Notes: a model not told the origin generated them from the letters alone. A stretch of DNA of 64,000 bases from Ignavibacteriota bacterium (GCA_963843525.1 CAWJKM010000002.1:324669-388668); one strand, 5' to 3'. Counted from the stretch's first letter, positions 36,622 to 47,020 are shown. Made by a program: numbers and translations.

Positions 36622-38469
36622 ATGAACGCTGTGAAACTCCCTCTCCTGGTGGCGGTATGTCTCCTTGCGCTCTTGCCGGCGGCCATCGTCCGGGCGCAAG
36701 AGCCGGCATTGCGGGCGAGTGTCGACAAGAACCCGGTCGGTCTGGGAGATGAATTCACTCTCACGTTCGTCCTGAACAATGCCGGGATGAACGGCGGGAA
36801 GGACATGCGGCTGCCCGACCTGAATAGATTCCGGATGCTCTCCGGACCGAATCAGTCGTCCAGTGTCCAGTTTGTGAATGGAAGCATGTCCTCCTCCGTG
36901 AGCTACAGCTATGTCCTTCAACCCAAGGAAATCGGCAAGACGACAATCGGCTCCGCCACCATCGAGGCGGCGGGAAAGACGCTGCATTCCGATCCGATCA
37001 TCCTGGAGGTGGTCAAGGGAGCACCGGCACCGAAACAAAGCGCGCCGCAGGAGGTCACCACCAATATCGGCGACAATCTCTTCGTGAAAGCGGCGGTCAG
37101 CAGAACCCATGTTCTTCAGGGCGAACAGATCACTCTGACGTTCAAACTCTACACCCGTCTGACCGTGATGAATTATGCGGTGGAGAAGACGCCGACGATG
37201 ATCGGCTTCTGGGGGGAGGACGTCGAGACCCCGAAGGATATTCAATTGTCGACCGAGACGATCAACGGGAAGCAATACCGCGTCGGCATCATCAAGAAGA
37301 TGGCGCTGTTCCCGACGCAGTCGGGAACGCTGGAAATCAGTCCCATGGTTGTCCAGACGCAGATCCAGGTCCCCGCACCCCGTTCCCTGGATCCCTTCGA
37401 TGCGTTTTTCCGCGATCCCTTCGGACGAACCAGCAATTACACCGCCCAGAGTGAGCCGGTCAAGATCATCGTCGACCCGCTCCCGCCGGGCGCGCCGCCC
37501 GATTTCAAGGGGGCGATCGGACAGTTCGCAATGAGTACGTCACTCGACAAGAAGTCGACGCGCACAAACGAACCGGTCTCCTTCAAAGTCACCGTATCGG
37601 GCACGGGGAATATCAAACTCCTTGAGGCACCGACTCTGGAGCTCCCTTCGGATTTTGAACAGTACAGTCCGAAAATCACGGAGAACATCAACCGCCAGGG
37701 AGAACGGGTCAGCGGGAGCAAGGTCTTCGAGTACCTTCTGATCCCCCGCTACCCCGGCTTAAAGATTATCAAGCCCCTGACCTTCTCCTATTTCGACCTC
37801 GCAAAAAGGGAGTACGTGCGGCTCCGTTCGCCGGAAATCGATCTCAATGTAGAGCAAGGAACAGCACCCGCGCTGCCGGTTGTCGCGGGAGGGAACCGCG
37901 AAGATGTCCGTCTGCTGAGCCAGGACATCCGCTTCATCAAAGTCCGGGAGGCAGGGTTCCGGAGGGAGGGGGAGTATTTGTACAATACGCCTCTGTTTGT
38001 CGTCCTCTTGATTCTTCCCTTTGTGGGTGTCGCAGGCTCGGTGGTGTACGCCCGCAACCGTCGCGCAATTCTTACCGACGCCGCCGGCTATCGCAACCGG
38101 AAGGCGATCGGGATCGCGCGAAAGCGCTTGAAGGTTGCAGAACGGCTGTTGAAAGAAACATCGCCGAAAGCAGGAGCGATGGCGACAGTCGGTCCCCGTT
38201 TCTACTCTGAAGTCGCAGGGGCACTCTGGCAATACCTGGGTGACAAACTTGCGATCCCGCAGGCTGAATTCTCCGTGGATCGGGCGACACGGGCACTGGA
38301 AGATCACGGTGCCCCGTCGGAATCCATCGCCTCCCTGAGATCGCTCCTTGAAACCTGCGACCTGATCCGATTTGCTCCGACATCGATAGACCGGATCGGA
38401 ATGCAGCAGACCTACGATGAGGCCAGTCGCATTATTGTGGAACTTGAACAGACTCTCAGGCCGAAATGA
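36622..38469 (+). CDS. batD: BatD-like oxygen-tolerance protein
   Basis: Signal peptide MNAVKLPLLVAVCLLALLPAAIVRAQE, large extracytoplasmic beta-rich domain and a C-terminal TM helix. The ORF-track start 36610 is a TTG overlapping batC; ATG 36622 is preferred. Confidence 0.8.
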   Translation: MNAVKLPLLVAVCLLALLPAAIVRAQEPALRASVDKNPVGLGDEFTLTFVLNNAGMNGGKDMRLPDLNRFRMLSGPNQSSSVQFVNGSMSSSVSYSYVLQPKEIGKTTIGSATIEAAGKTLHSDPIILEVVKGAPAPKQSAPQEVTTNIGDNLFVKAAVSRTHVLQGEQITLTFKLYTRLTVMNYAVEKTPTMIGFWGEDVETPKDIQLSTETINGKQYRVGIIKKMALFPTQSGTLEISPMVVQTQIQVPAPRSLDPFDAFFRDPFGRTSNYTAQSEPVKIIVDPLPPGAPPDFKGAIGQFAMSTSLDKKSTRTNEPVSFKVTVSGTGNIKLLEAPTLELPSDFEQYSPKITENINRQGERVSGSKVFEYLLIPRYPGLKIIKPLTFSYFDLAKREYVRLRSPEIDLNVEQGTAPALPVVAGGNREDVRLLSQDIRFIKVREAGFRREGEYLYNTPLFVVLLILPFVGVAGSVVYARNRRAILTDAAGYRNRKAIGIARKRLKVAERLLKETSPKAGAMATVGPRFYSEVAGALWQYLGDKLAIPQAEFSVDRATRALEDHGAPSESIASLRSLLETCDLIRFAPTSIDRIGMQQTYDEASRIIVELEQTLRPK

Positions 38470-39224
38470 ACCGGGTCCTTTTCCTTTTCGTTGGCGTATT
38501 CCTTATTCCCGGCGGACTGTTCGCCCAATCACCGGATCAGTTGTTTGCAGAAGGAAACGCGGCCTATCAAAAAGGAGATCTCGCAAAAGCGACGGAACTG
38601 TACGAATCGATCCTTCACAACGGATACGCCAGCAGTGATCTCTATTACAATCTCGGAAACGCCTACTATAAACTGGGGAACCTCCCCAAATCAGTTCTGA
38701 ATTACGAACGCGCCCTCCGCCTCACACCCGGGGATGATGATCTGCGGCATAATCTCCAGCTTGCAAATCAGATGATCACCGACCGGATTGAACCAACCCC
38801 CCGGTTGTTCATCTGGGATTGGTGGAACTCCATAAAGAACTGGTTTTCCTTTGAAACCTTGACATGGATCTTCTACGCTGCGTTCCTCGTCGAGATGGGC
38901 GCGGTGGCGGCGGTGATCGTCGGCAGGGCCTACCGCTTTCGCAGAATTGCCCTGTTGTCAGCAGCCGGGGAATTGGCGGTTCTGATCTTCTTCGGCACCA
39001 TCTTTTTTACACGGCTGACGGATGCCCACAGGACTGACGAAGCAATTGTGGTGGCACCGGTGGTGAACGTGAAGAACTCTCCCGATGATCGCGGCAGCGA
39101 TGCGTTTGTCATTCACGGCGGGCTCAAAGTGCAGATCGTCGACCAATTCGGTTCGTGGACGAAGATACGGCTGGCGGACGGCAAGGTGGGGTGGGTGGAG
39201 AGCAACGAGTTCGAAGTCATCTGA
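38466..39224 (+). CDS. batE: BatE: TPR + SH3b-like domain protein
   Basis: TPR repeats (AEGNAAYQKGDLAKATELYESIL, YYNLGNAYYKLGNLPKS), a TM segment and a C-terminal SH3b-like segment (WTKIRLADGKVGWVESNEFEVI). ATGA overlap with batD. Confidence 0.75.
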   Translation: MNRVLFLFVGVFLIPGGLFAQSPDQLFAEGNAAYQKGDLAKATELYESILHNGYASSDLYYNLGNAYYKLGNLPKSVLNYERALRLTPGDDDLRHNLQLANQMITDRIEPTPRLFIWDWWNSIKNWFSFETLTWIFYAAFLVEMGAVAAVIVGRAYRFRRIALLSAAGELAVLIFFGTIFFTRLTDAHRTDEAIVVAPVVNVKNSPDDRGSDAFVIHGGLKVQIVDQFGSWTKIRLADGKVGWVESNEFEVI

Positions 39225-39256
39225 ATGAACCACTCCGGGTCCGATTTCAGTTGCAG

Positions 39257-39293
39257 GGCCTCTTTGCCTCTCATGGTAAAGAGGCCTTTTTTT
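39257..39293 (+). terminator. Rho-independent terminator ending the Bat operon
   Basis: ggcctcttt-(12 nt)-aaagaggcc followed by T7. Confidence 0.6.
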
Positions 39294-39390
39294 GAGGGGT
39301 ATTGCGTCGAATTTTCCGGCCTGGAATGGTGTTATCTAGTATGATGAGAGGGGTGGTGCGGAGGAGCCGGAAATGTGGGGAAATCGGGGA

Positions 39391-40125
39391 TCAGCGCTTG
39401 AAAATCCAAGTTTCTTGCTTATACTTTGAATCAACAAGTTGCCGGATTTCCTCCGTGGGAAGGGACACATCGCCGGGGACTACGCCCCAGGCTTCTTCAA
39501 GGACGTGCTTGAGTTCCTGAACGGAAATCCTCAGGTTGGTGAGAAAATCGGTGTGAGAACGGTTTTGTCGGTAGAGGGGTTGGCGTGATGGCATCTGCAA
39601 CAGGCGCGGGATCAGACTCAGATTTGCGTCGTTGAGGATGACCCCATGAAACAGCAGGAAGTGTTTCCCCCGCCGTTGGGCATTTCCGGCGAACTTCAAA
39701 CCGTCCAGGGCGAGATCGGAAATCCCTTCGACGGAGACTGAAGACAGACTCCTGAGAGTGCGGAGCGCGTCTCGAAGGGTGGTCATGATCGTCCGGTTTG
39801 TGGATGCGATGGTGTCGAACTGATCGGTGCGGAGAAGCGGGAGGACCAGGGCATAATTCAGGCATCCTTCCATCTGGACCACCGCGCCGCCCCCGGTGCA
39901 GCGCCGGAAGATTGGAACCCCCAGCGCCAGGCATTCGTCTTCTCGAACTTCTTGTCTGATGCTGTTGGTATAACCGACAACAACAAAGCAGCGGTCCGGC
40001 TCCCAGAACCGGAGGATACCGTTCCCACCGTGTCGCTCACTCTCGAGGAATAGCGCTTCATCACACGCGAGATTCTCTTCCGGCGTCTGAAAAGTGTGAT
40101 CGAGTGTAAGAACCGGTTCTGTCAT
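39391..40125 (-). CDS. Lipoate-protein ligase / octanoyltransferase family protein (BPL_LplA_LipB catalytic domain)
   Basis: LKFAGNAQRRGKHFLLFHGVIL contains the conserved catalytic lysine motif (KxxGxAQ...K). 244 aa. Divergently adjacent to the PDH E1-E2-E3 genes. Confidence 0.7.
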   Translation of the reverse strand: MTEPVLTLDHTFQTPEENLACDEALFLESERHGGNGILRFWEPDRCFVVVGYTNSIRQEVREDECLALGVPIFRRCTGGGAVVQMEGCLNYALVLPLLRTDQFDTIASTNRTIMTTLRDALRTLRSLSSVSVEGISDLALDGLKFAGNAQRRGKHFLLFHGVILNDANLSLIPRLLQMPSRQPLYRQNRSHTDFLTNLRISVQELKHVLEEAWGVVPGDVSLPTEEIRQLVDSKYKQETWIFKR

Positions 40126-40292
40126 CGGACACGCTCCGGTATCACTCTCCGCTGAACGCCTTGCAGTGCTCCGGCGGCTCTGAACGAGCCCGGAGAGGTT
40201 GACAGAGAACCGGGTGAGAGTATCATTAACGTCTTCTCTTCTCTTCTCTTTTTAGAGGCAACGTGGAAAAGGAACATACTGAAGATCTGACT

Positions 40293-42953
40293 ATGTCGCA
40301 AGACGGTGAGACCAAGGACCGTTGGATAGAATCGCTCGAGTTCGTTATCGAGACCGTTCTCCGCGACCGGGAAACATCGCAGGTCCCCATTCTCCTGGAA
40401 CGGCTGGTGTCCCGTCTCCGTGATTCGGGCGTTCCCATCCCTCATACCGTCAGCACACCGTATGTGAATACGATTCCTCCGGCCAGCGAACCTCCGTATC
40501 CCGGAAACCGGGAAGTTGAGCGCCGGATCAAAAGTTACATGCGATGGAACGCGATGGCGATGGTCGTGGCGGCCAACCGGCTGCACAGCGGACTGGGCGG
40601 ACATATCTCGACCTTTGCCTCCGCGGCAACGCTCTACGATGTTGCGTTCAACCATTTCCTTCGTGGGGCCGATCACGGAAACACGGCCGACCTCGTGTAC
40701 TTCCAGGGACATGCCGTTCCGGGGATTTACGCCCGTGCGTTTCTGGAAGGGAGGCTCGACGTTCAGCGTCTGCACAATTTCCGCCAGGAGCTTGCGGAGG
40801 GTGGAGGCCTCTCATCCTATCCCCATCCGTATCTGATGCCGGAATTCTGGCAGTTCCCGACGGTGTCGATGGGGCTGGGTCCGATCATGTCGATTTATCA
40901 GGCACGCTTCAGCCGGTATCTTAAAGCCAGAGGATTTACGAAAGATCCGGAACCGAAAATATGGGCGTTCCTGGGGGACGGGGAGTCCGATGAGCCGGAG
41001 ACCCTCGGCGCCCTGACGGTCGCGAGCCGGGAAGGTCTGGACAATCTGATCTGGGTGGTGAACTGCAACCTGCAACGGCTCGACGGACCTGTGCGTGGCA
41101 ACGGGAAGATCATCCAGGAACTGGAAATGTTGTTCCGCGGAGCAGGCTGGAATGTCATCAAAGTCATCTGGGGTTCCGACTGGGATCCGCTCTTTGCCGC
41201 AGACTCGAAGGGACTGCTACTGAAGCGAATGGAGGAGGCGGTCGATGGGGACTTCCAGAAATACTCCGTGTCCCCGGGGAGCTATACCCGCAAACACTTC
41301 TTCGGGAAGTATCCGGAGCTGAATGAGCTGGTCAACCATCTCAGCGATGAACAAATCGCCAAGATGCTTCGCGGCGGACATGATCCGAAGAAAGTCTATG
41401 CGGCGTACAAAGCGGCTGTGGAGCATGCCGGCTCTCCCACGGTGATTCTCGCAAAGACTATCAAAGGATACGGACTCGGTGAGGGAGGGGAAGGAAGAAA
41501 CGTCACTCACCAGCAGAAAAAGCTCAACGAAAAGGAGTTGCGGGAATTCCGCAGGCGATTCGGCATCCCGATCAGCGATGAAGAAATCGCCGAGACGCCC
41601 TTTTACCGTCCGGCACCCGACAGTGAGGAAACACGTTACTTGCTTGATCGCCGGAAGGAGCTGGGCGGGTTCCTTCCCCGGCGTAAGCCCACTCTGGAAC
41701 GACTTTCCGTCCCACCGCTGACCGCCTTCAGTGAATTTTTGAAGGGATCGGAACGCTTCGAAGTGTCGACTACCATGGTGTTTGTGCGGCTCCTGAGCAT
41801 GCTGCTCCGCAACAAGGAAATCGGGCGACGGATTGTTCCGATAATTCCCGACGAGGCGCGCACCTTCGGCATGGACCCGCTCTTCCGCGAGATCGGGATC
41901 TACTCTTCGAAGGGCCAGTTGTATGAACCGGTCGACAGGGAGACGCTGCTCTACTACAATGAGACAAAGGACGGACAGATTCTCGAAGAAGGCATCACCG
42001 AATCGGGGGCAATGTCCTCCTGGATCGCAGCGGCCACTTCGTATGCGACGCACGGCCTTCACATGGTGCCATTCTACATCTATTATTCCATGTTCGGATT
42101 CCAGCGCACCGGCGATCTCATGTGGGCGGCGGGCGACATCAAAGCCAAGGGGTTCCTGCTGGGCGGCACAGCGGGAAGAACCACGCTCAACGGGGAAGGG
42201 CTGCAGCACGAAGATGGACACAGTCTTCTCCTTGCCAGCACAATTCCGACATTGCTCACCTACGATCCGGCGTGGGCGTATGAAGTTGCCGTCATCATTC
42301 AGGACGGCATGCGACGGATGTACGTGGACGGGGAAGATATCTTCTATTATCTCACCCTGTACAATGAAAACTACGCAATGCCTGCAATGCCCAAAGGCGC
42401 TGAAGAAGGGATCCTGAAAGGGCTGTACCGGTTCTCTGAAGGCCCTGCCGGGACAAAGCTGAAGGCGCATATTTTCGGCAGCGGACCGATTCTCCGCTTT
42501 GCTCTTGCGGCACAAAAAATCCTGGCGGAACGCTACAACGTGTCTGCGGATGTATGGAGCGCGACGAACTATAAGTCGCTCCGTGCCGATGCCTTGAACG
42601 CACGCCGGTGGAATATGTTCCATCCGGAAGGACCGCCCCGTGTTTCCTACGTCGAACAATTGCTCGCGAAGGAACACGGCGCATTTGTGGCGGTGTCCGA
42701 CTACATGAAGATTGTCCCGGAACAAATTGCTCCGTGGGTGCCGGGTGGACTGATGACCCTGGGCACCGACGGATTCGGGCGCAGCGATACGCGTCCCCAG
42801 CTCAGGCGGTTCTTCGAAATCGACACCGAGTCGATTGTGATTGCCACGCTGTACGCCCTTGCAGGGAAGGGGCAGGTGAAAAGACAGGCTGTGCAGAAGG
42901 CGATCAAGGAACTCGGCGTCGACCCCGAAAAACCGTATCCACAGATTCTCTAG
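40293..42953 (+). CDS. aceE: Pyruvate dehydrogenase E1 component, homodimeric type
   Basis: About 890 aa. The N-terminus aligns with E. coli AceE (D..WIESLEFVI vs DWLQAIESVI). ThDP motif GDGESDEPE...NLIWVVNCNLQRLDGPV. Alternative GTG start at 40263. Confidence 0.9.
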   Translation: MSQDGETKDRWIESLEFVIETVLRDRETSQVPILLERLVSRLRDSGVPIPHTVSTPYVNTIPPASEPPYPGNREVERRIKSYMRWNAMAMVVAANRLHSGLGGHISTFASAATLYDVAFNHFLRGADHGNTADLVYFQGHAVPGIYARAFLEGRLDVQRLHNFRQELAEGGGLSSYPHPYLMPEFWQFPTVSMGLGPIMSIYQARFSRYLKARGFTKDPEPKIWAFLGDGESDEPETLGALTVASREGLDNLIWVVNCNLQRLDGPVRGNGKIIQELEMLFRGAGWNVIKVIWGSDWDPLFAADSKGLLLKRMEEAVDGDFQKYSVSPGSYTRKHFFGKYPELNELVNHLSDEQIAKMLRGGHDPKKVYAAYKAAVEHAGSPTVILAKTIKGYGLGEGGEGRNVTHQQKKLNEKELREFRRRFGIPISDEEIAETPFYRPAPDSEETRYLLDRRKELGGFLPRRKPTLERLSVPPLTAFSEFLKGSERFEVSTTMVFVRLLSMLLRNKEIGRRIVPIIPDEARTFGMDPLFREIGIYSSKGQLYEPVDRETLLYYNETKDGQILEEGITESGAMSSWIAAATSYATHGLHMVPFYIYYSMFGFQRTGDLMWAAGDIKAKGFLLGGTAGRTTLNGEGLQHEDGHSLLLASTIPTLLTYDPAWAYEVAVIIQDGMRRMYVDGEDIFYYLTLYNENYAMPAMPKGAEEGILKGLYRFSEGPAGTKLKAHIFGSGPILRFALAAQKILAERYNVSADVWSATNYKSLRADALNARRWNMFHPEGPPRVSYVEQLLAKEHGAFVAVSDYMKIVPEQIAPWVPGGLMTLGTDGFGRSDTRPQLRRFFEIDTESIVIATLYALAGKGQVKRQAVQKAIKELGVDPEKPYPQIL

Positions 42954-42992
42954 GGGTTTTTCCCATTTGACTGCTCAAGGAGACATGTACCC

Positions 42993-44309
42993 ATGGATGT
43001 GAAGTTGCCCAGACTCGGCGAAGGCGCGGATTCCGGCACTGTTGCGAGTGTCTTTGTCCACGTCGGCGACAAGGTAAACAAGGACCAGCCCGTCCTCGAG
43101 CTTGAAAGCGACAAAGCCGTTGCGTCCATTCCTTCGCCTGCGGCGGGGACAGTGACAAAGCTCCATGTGAAAGAAGGGGACCAGATCAAAGTCGGCCAAT
43201 TGATCGTCACCCTCGACGAAGGGAAGGGTCCGGAGCCGATCGTGAGCCACAAGCGGGAGGAGATTGAAGAACCGGAAATCTCCGTTGCCCCCTCCGGCGA
43301 TCTCGTGGGGATGGGGAAAGAGGACTCGGCGCCGCTTGCCGGCGTTCTTCCTTCTCCGAGCACTCTTCCCCCGGCGGCGTCGCCGACCATTCGCAAGATG
43401 GCGAGAGAGCTTGGAATCGACCTCAGCCGTGTACGCGGAAGCGAGCGGGGAGGGCGCATCGTCGTCAAAGACCTCCGGGCGTATGTTATGCTTCTCCAGG
43501 AGATTGCCGGAAGGGTACAACGGGGGACGTCGACTGCCGCGGAAGTGTCCGAAACAGCTTCCCGTGAACGGACTGCGGTGCCCCAGGCGGTCGATTTTTC
43601 AAAGTGGGGGCCTGTTCACACAGAGAAGCTTTCCACGTTGAGACGGACGATCAGCACCAGGATGGTGGATTCCTGGACAGCAGTTCCCCACGTGACGCAG
43701 TTCGATCAGGCGGATATTACGGACCTGGTCAAGCTTCAGAAAAAGCACGCGGCGGCCTACGAACGGAAAAAGGCTCGGCTTACCCTTACCCCCCTGCTCC
43801 TGAAAGCTCTCGTGCGAACGCTGGTGAAACATCCCAAATTCAATTCCAGCCTTGATGAGCTCAACGGTCTCCTGGTGTACAAGGATTACTACCATATCGG
43901 CATCGCAGTGGATACGGAACAAGGGCTTATCGTTCCCGTCCTCAGGGATGTGGACAAAAAATCGCTGCTGGATCTTGCGCTGCAGCTGCAGGATCTCGCC
44001 GTGCGCACCCGTGAACGGAAGGTGGGATTGAATGAAATGGCCGGCGGAACGTTTACGGTGTCCAACCAGGGGGGGATCGGGAGCGGTCACTTCACCCCGA
44101 TCATCAACAAACCCGAAGTGGCAATTCTCGGTGTCGCGCGGGCAACGGAGCAAATGGTGTTGAAAAAGGCGAAGTTCGTCGGGCGCAGCGTCCTTCCGGT
44201 GAGCCTTTCGTATGATCACCGTGTGATTGACGGGGCGGATGCAGCCCGCTTCATGGTCGATTTCGTCCTGGCCATTGAAGGGATGAGTGAGAAAGATCTG
44301 AAACTCTGA
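42993..44309 (+). CDS. aceF: Dihydrolipoamide acetyltransferase E2 (one lipoyl domain, E3-binding domain, catalytic domain)
   Basis: Lipoyl domain LELESDKAVASIPSPAAG. Peripheral subunit-binding domain SPTIRKMARELGIDLSRVRGS. Catalytic SLSYDHRVIDGADAARF. Confidence 0.9.
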   Translation: MDVKLPRLGEGADSGTVASVFVHVGDKVNKDQPVLELESDKAVASIPSPAAGTVTKLHVKEGDQIKVGQLIVTLDEGKGPEPIVSHKREEIEEPEISVAPSGDLVGMGKEDSAPLAGVLPSPSTLPPAASPTIRKMARELGIDLSRVRGSERGGRIVVKDLRAYVMLLQEIAGRVQRGTSTAAEVSETASRERTAVPQAVDFSKWGPVHTEKLSTLRRTISTRMVDSWTAVPHVTQFDQADITDLVKLQKKHAAAYERKKARLTLTPLLLKALVRTLVKHPKFNSSLDELNGLLVYKDYYHIGIAVDTEQGLIVPVLRDVDKKSLLDLALQLQDLAVRTRERKVGLNEMAGGTFTVSNQGGIGSGHFTPIINKPEVAILGVARATEQMVLKKAKFVGRSVLPVSLSYDHRVIDGADAARFMVDFVLAIEGMSEKDLKL

Positions 44310-44377
44310 ACGCGACAGAAAAGGAAAACCTCCACCGGTCACCGGCGCGCGATCGCGCCCGGAGGCCGCACGAGGAC

Positions 44378-45850
44378 ATGACGTCAATCAAGGAAAGTCT
44401 GCAGGAGAGGCATCAAGTGAAATCGACAAAGACAGATATCGTAGTTCTCGGTGCCGGGCCGGGCGGGTATGCCGCGGCGTTCTATGCGGCTGAGCTGGGG
44501 AAAAAAGTGGTCATGGTGGAAATGGACCCACGGCTCGGGGGAGTATGCCTGAACCGCGGGTGCATTCCGTCGAAAGCCCTGCTCCACGCCTCGAAACTCA
44601 TACAGGAAGCGGAGGACTCGGGCTTCCGCGGGATTCACTTTTCGAAACCGGAAATCGATCTCAAACAGATGCGGGCATGGAAGGAGTCGATCCTCGATAA
44701 ACTCGCACAGGGGATCGTGGGGCTCGCAGCAAAGCGCGGCGTGACGGTCGTACAGGGCAGAGGCTACCTCGAAGACCCCCGGACGTTGAGGGTGGAGACG
44801 GCCACCGGCCAGACGTATTTCAACTTTGATCAGGCGATCATCGCCACAGGCTCGCTTTCGGCTATGCCCGCAGCATTCGATCTCGGCAACCCGCGGATCA
44901 TGACCTCAACCGAAGCACTGGAAATCGAAGACGTTCCCGGGCGACTCTTGATCGTCGGCGGAGGATATATCGGGATGGAACTGGGAACCGTGTACCGGAC
45001 ACTCGGGAGCTCGATCGTTCTTGTTGAAGCGCTCGACTCCATCCTGCAGGGGGCCGATGCAGATCTTGTCAGGCCGATCCTTCGCTATGCGGAGAAGAAT
45101 TTCGATGAAGTACGTACGGGCGCGAAAGTCCTGAAGATGGCGACGAGTGGAAAGCAAATCAAGGTGACCACCGAACACGGCGGAAAATCCCAGGACGAAT
45201 TGTTCGACCGTGTGCTGGTGTCGGTCGGTCGCACCCCGAACAGCAAGAATCTCGGGCTGGAGAACACCAAAGTGAAGCTCGATGAGAAGGGTTTCATCAG
45301 AGTGAACGATCGCCAGCAGACCGATGAGCCGACGATCTACGCGATTGGAGACGTTGCCGGGGGTGTCCTGCTTGCACACAAAGCGTCGAAGGAAGCACGC
45401 ATCGCGGTGGAGGTCATCTGCGGAGAAATGAGTGAGTTCAAGGACATCATCATCCCTGCAGTGGTGTTTACCGATCCGGAACTTGCGTGGTGCGGTCTCA
45501 CCGAGACGGAAGCACGTGAGAAGGGGATCGAGGTGCAAGTCGCAAAGTTTCCGTGGTCTGCCTCCGGCCGGGCGCTGAGCTTTGACCGCACGGAAGGTAT
45601 GACGAAGTTGATCGTCGATCCTCAGACGGAAAGAGTGCTTGGAGTCGGGATCGTCGGGGTGGGAGCGGGGGATCTCATCAGTGAAGCGGTGGTGGCCATC
45701 GAACTGGGGGCGACCGCGCGCGACCTCGCGGAATCCGTCCATCCTCATCCAACGCTTTCCGAAACACTCAGCGAAGCAGCGGAGATGTACTACGGTGTTG
45801 CAACGAACGTGTTTTCCCGGCGGAAAACAAAACAAGAACCGGCGGTGTGA
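44378..45850 (+). CDS. lpd: Dihydrolipoyl dehydrogenase E3
   Basis: FAD-binding motif IVVLGAGPGGYAAA and redox-disulfide motif GGVCLNRGCIPSKALL. Confidence 0.9.
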   Translation: MTSIKESLQERHQVKSTKTDIVVLGAGPGGYAAAFYAAELGKKVVMVEMDPRLGGVCLNRGCIPSKALLHASKLIQEAEDSGFRGIHFSKPEIDLKQMRAWKESILDKLAQGIVGLAAKRGVTVVQGRGYLEDPRTLRVETATGQTYFNFDQAIIATGSLSAMPAAFDLGNPRIMTSTEALEIEDVPGRLLIVGGGYIGMELGTVYRTLGSSIVLVEALDSILQGADADLVRPILRYAEKNFDEVRTGAKVLKMATSGKQIKVTTEHGGKSQDELFDRVLVSVGRTPNSKNLGLENTKVKLDEKGFIRVNDRQQTDEPTIYAIGDVAGGVLLAHKASKEARIAVEVICGEMSEFKDIIIPAVVFTDPELAWCGLTETEAREKGIEVQVAKFPWSASGRALSFDRTEGMTKLIVDPQTERVLGVGIVGVGAGDLISEAVVAIELGATARDLAESVHPHPTLSETLSEAAEMYYGVATNVFSRRKTKQEPAV

Positions 45851-45878
45851 CTCCTCATCCTTCGTCCGTGGTCAGCGC

Positions 45879-46466
45879 TCAATGCTCTCCGAGAGCTTTC
45901 TCAATAGCCGCCGTGACTTCTGCCGACAAGGGATCCGTCCCCGGATCGAATCTCCCGATGATCGACCCGTTTCTGTCCAGAAGAAACTTCTGAAAATTCC
46001 ACGTGATTGGTCCCGCGAACTCCGGATCGGTTTCTTTTGACGTGAGGAACCGGTAGAGAGGATGAATATCCTTTCCCCGCACGGAGATCTTTGAGAACAT
46101 TTCGAAATTGACGCCGTACGTTGTTGTACAGAATTCTTTGATCTCGGCGTCACTCCCGGGTTCCTGGGCAAGGAAGTTGTTTGCAGGGAATCCCAGGATC
46201 GTGAACCCCCGGTCTTTGTATTTCATGTACAAAGCCTCCAGACCCTTATACTGTGGCGTATGTCCGCACTTTGATGCGACATTCACAATGAGGATGACCA
46301 TCCCCTTGTATGTCGCCAGGTGAACATCCCTCCCGTCAATGTCTTTCATCGTAAAGTCGAGAACGCTCTTTTGTGTGATCGGCGTCCCCCCCAGTGCGGG
46401 GGAAAACGTGTTGACCATCACAGCAGGAAGGAGGAGGAGATGGCGAAAAATCTTCTTGAGGCTCAT
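45879..46466 (-). CDS. Glutathione peroxidase (Cys-type), secreted
   Basis: VNVASKCGHT, LGFPANNF and WNFQKFL Gpx signatures. N-terminal signal peptide. ATG at 46466 preferred over the TTG at 46481. Confidence 0.85.
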   Translation of the reverse strand: MSLKKIFRHLLLLPAVMVNTFSPALGGTPITQKSVLDFTMKDIDGRDVHLATYKGMVILIVNVASKCGHTPQYKGLEALYMKYKDRGFTILGFPANNFLAQEPGSDAEIKEFCTTTYGVNFEMFSKISVRGKDIHPLYRFLTSKETDPEFAGPITWNFQKFLLDRNGSIIGRFDPGTDPLSAEVTAAIEKALGEH

Positions 46467-46660
46467 TTTGGCTGCCTGCAATCAATGATAAATGAAAGGG
46501 TTACCGTCTCTTGAAAAACATTTCATGAAATCTGGAAGTTCCACTTGACTTTCTGCATTCTGTTTATAAACTTATTTTTGCGAAGCGCATTGAGGTCGCA
46601 TCCTACGGTTTTTGCCGGGCGATGTTACCCCTTATTGTCATCAATAAGGAGGAGAAGGCG

Positions 46661-47020
46661 ATGCAAGGAACTAAGCGATCAATGCGGCGGGTTGTATTGT
46701 CTAAGCTCTTTGAACATCTGAAAGAGAATTACGGTCTCGATTGGTCCGAAGAGATCTTTGACGAGAATCGTGTTTCCGTTCATCAGCTCGATGCAGTCCT
46801 TGCCTTCAAGAGTGATTTCGTGCTGGACGAACTCTGTTCGGCACTGAATCGCCTGGAAGAGGGGACGTACGGAGTATGTATCCGGTGCAAATCGCCGATG
46901 GGGGAAGAGATTCTGGACGATGATCCCACCAGGAGGCTTTGTCCGTCCTGTGCGCGCAGCTTCACGCACGTCCATCCGGACATTCGGGATACGCAATTTC
47001 ATACCTTTCATCATGTGTAG
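46661..47020 (+). CDS. DksA/TraR-family C4 zinc-finger protein
   Basis: CIRCKSPMGEEILDDDPTRRLCPSC (CxxC-x17-CxxC). RBS AAGGAGGAG upstream of ATG 46661. Confidence 0.65.
   Translation: MQGTKRSMRRVVLSKLFEHLKENYGLDWSEEIFDENRVSVHQLDAVLAFKSDFVLDELCSALNRLEEGTYGVCIRCKSPMGEEILDDDPTRRLCPSCARSFTHVHPDIRDTQFHTFHHV

Noticed and set aside
35957-37275. Minus-strand ORFs antisense to batC and batD, including LLLLVVLL low-complexity
   Set aside because: These are mirror translations of the Q/N/K-rich batC repeat. Not genes.
41217-42725. 502-aa minus-strand ORF
   Set aside because: Antisense to aceE, which is highly conserved on the plus strand.
43599-45835. Minus-strand ORFs 43599-44387 and 44906-45835
   Set aside because: Antisense to aceF and lpd.
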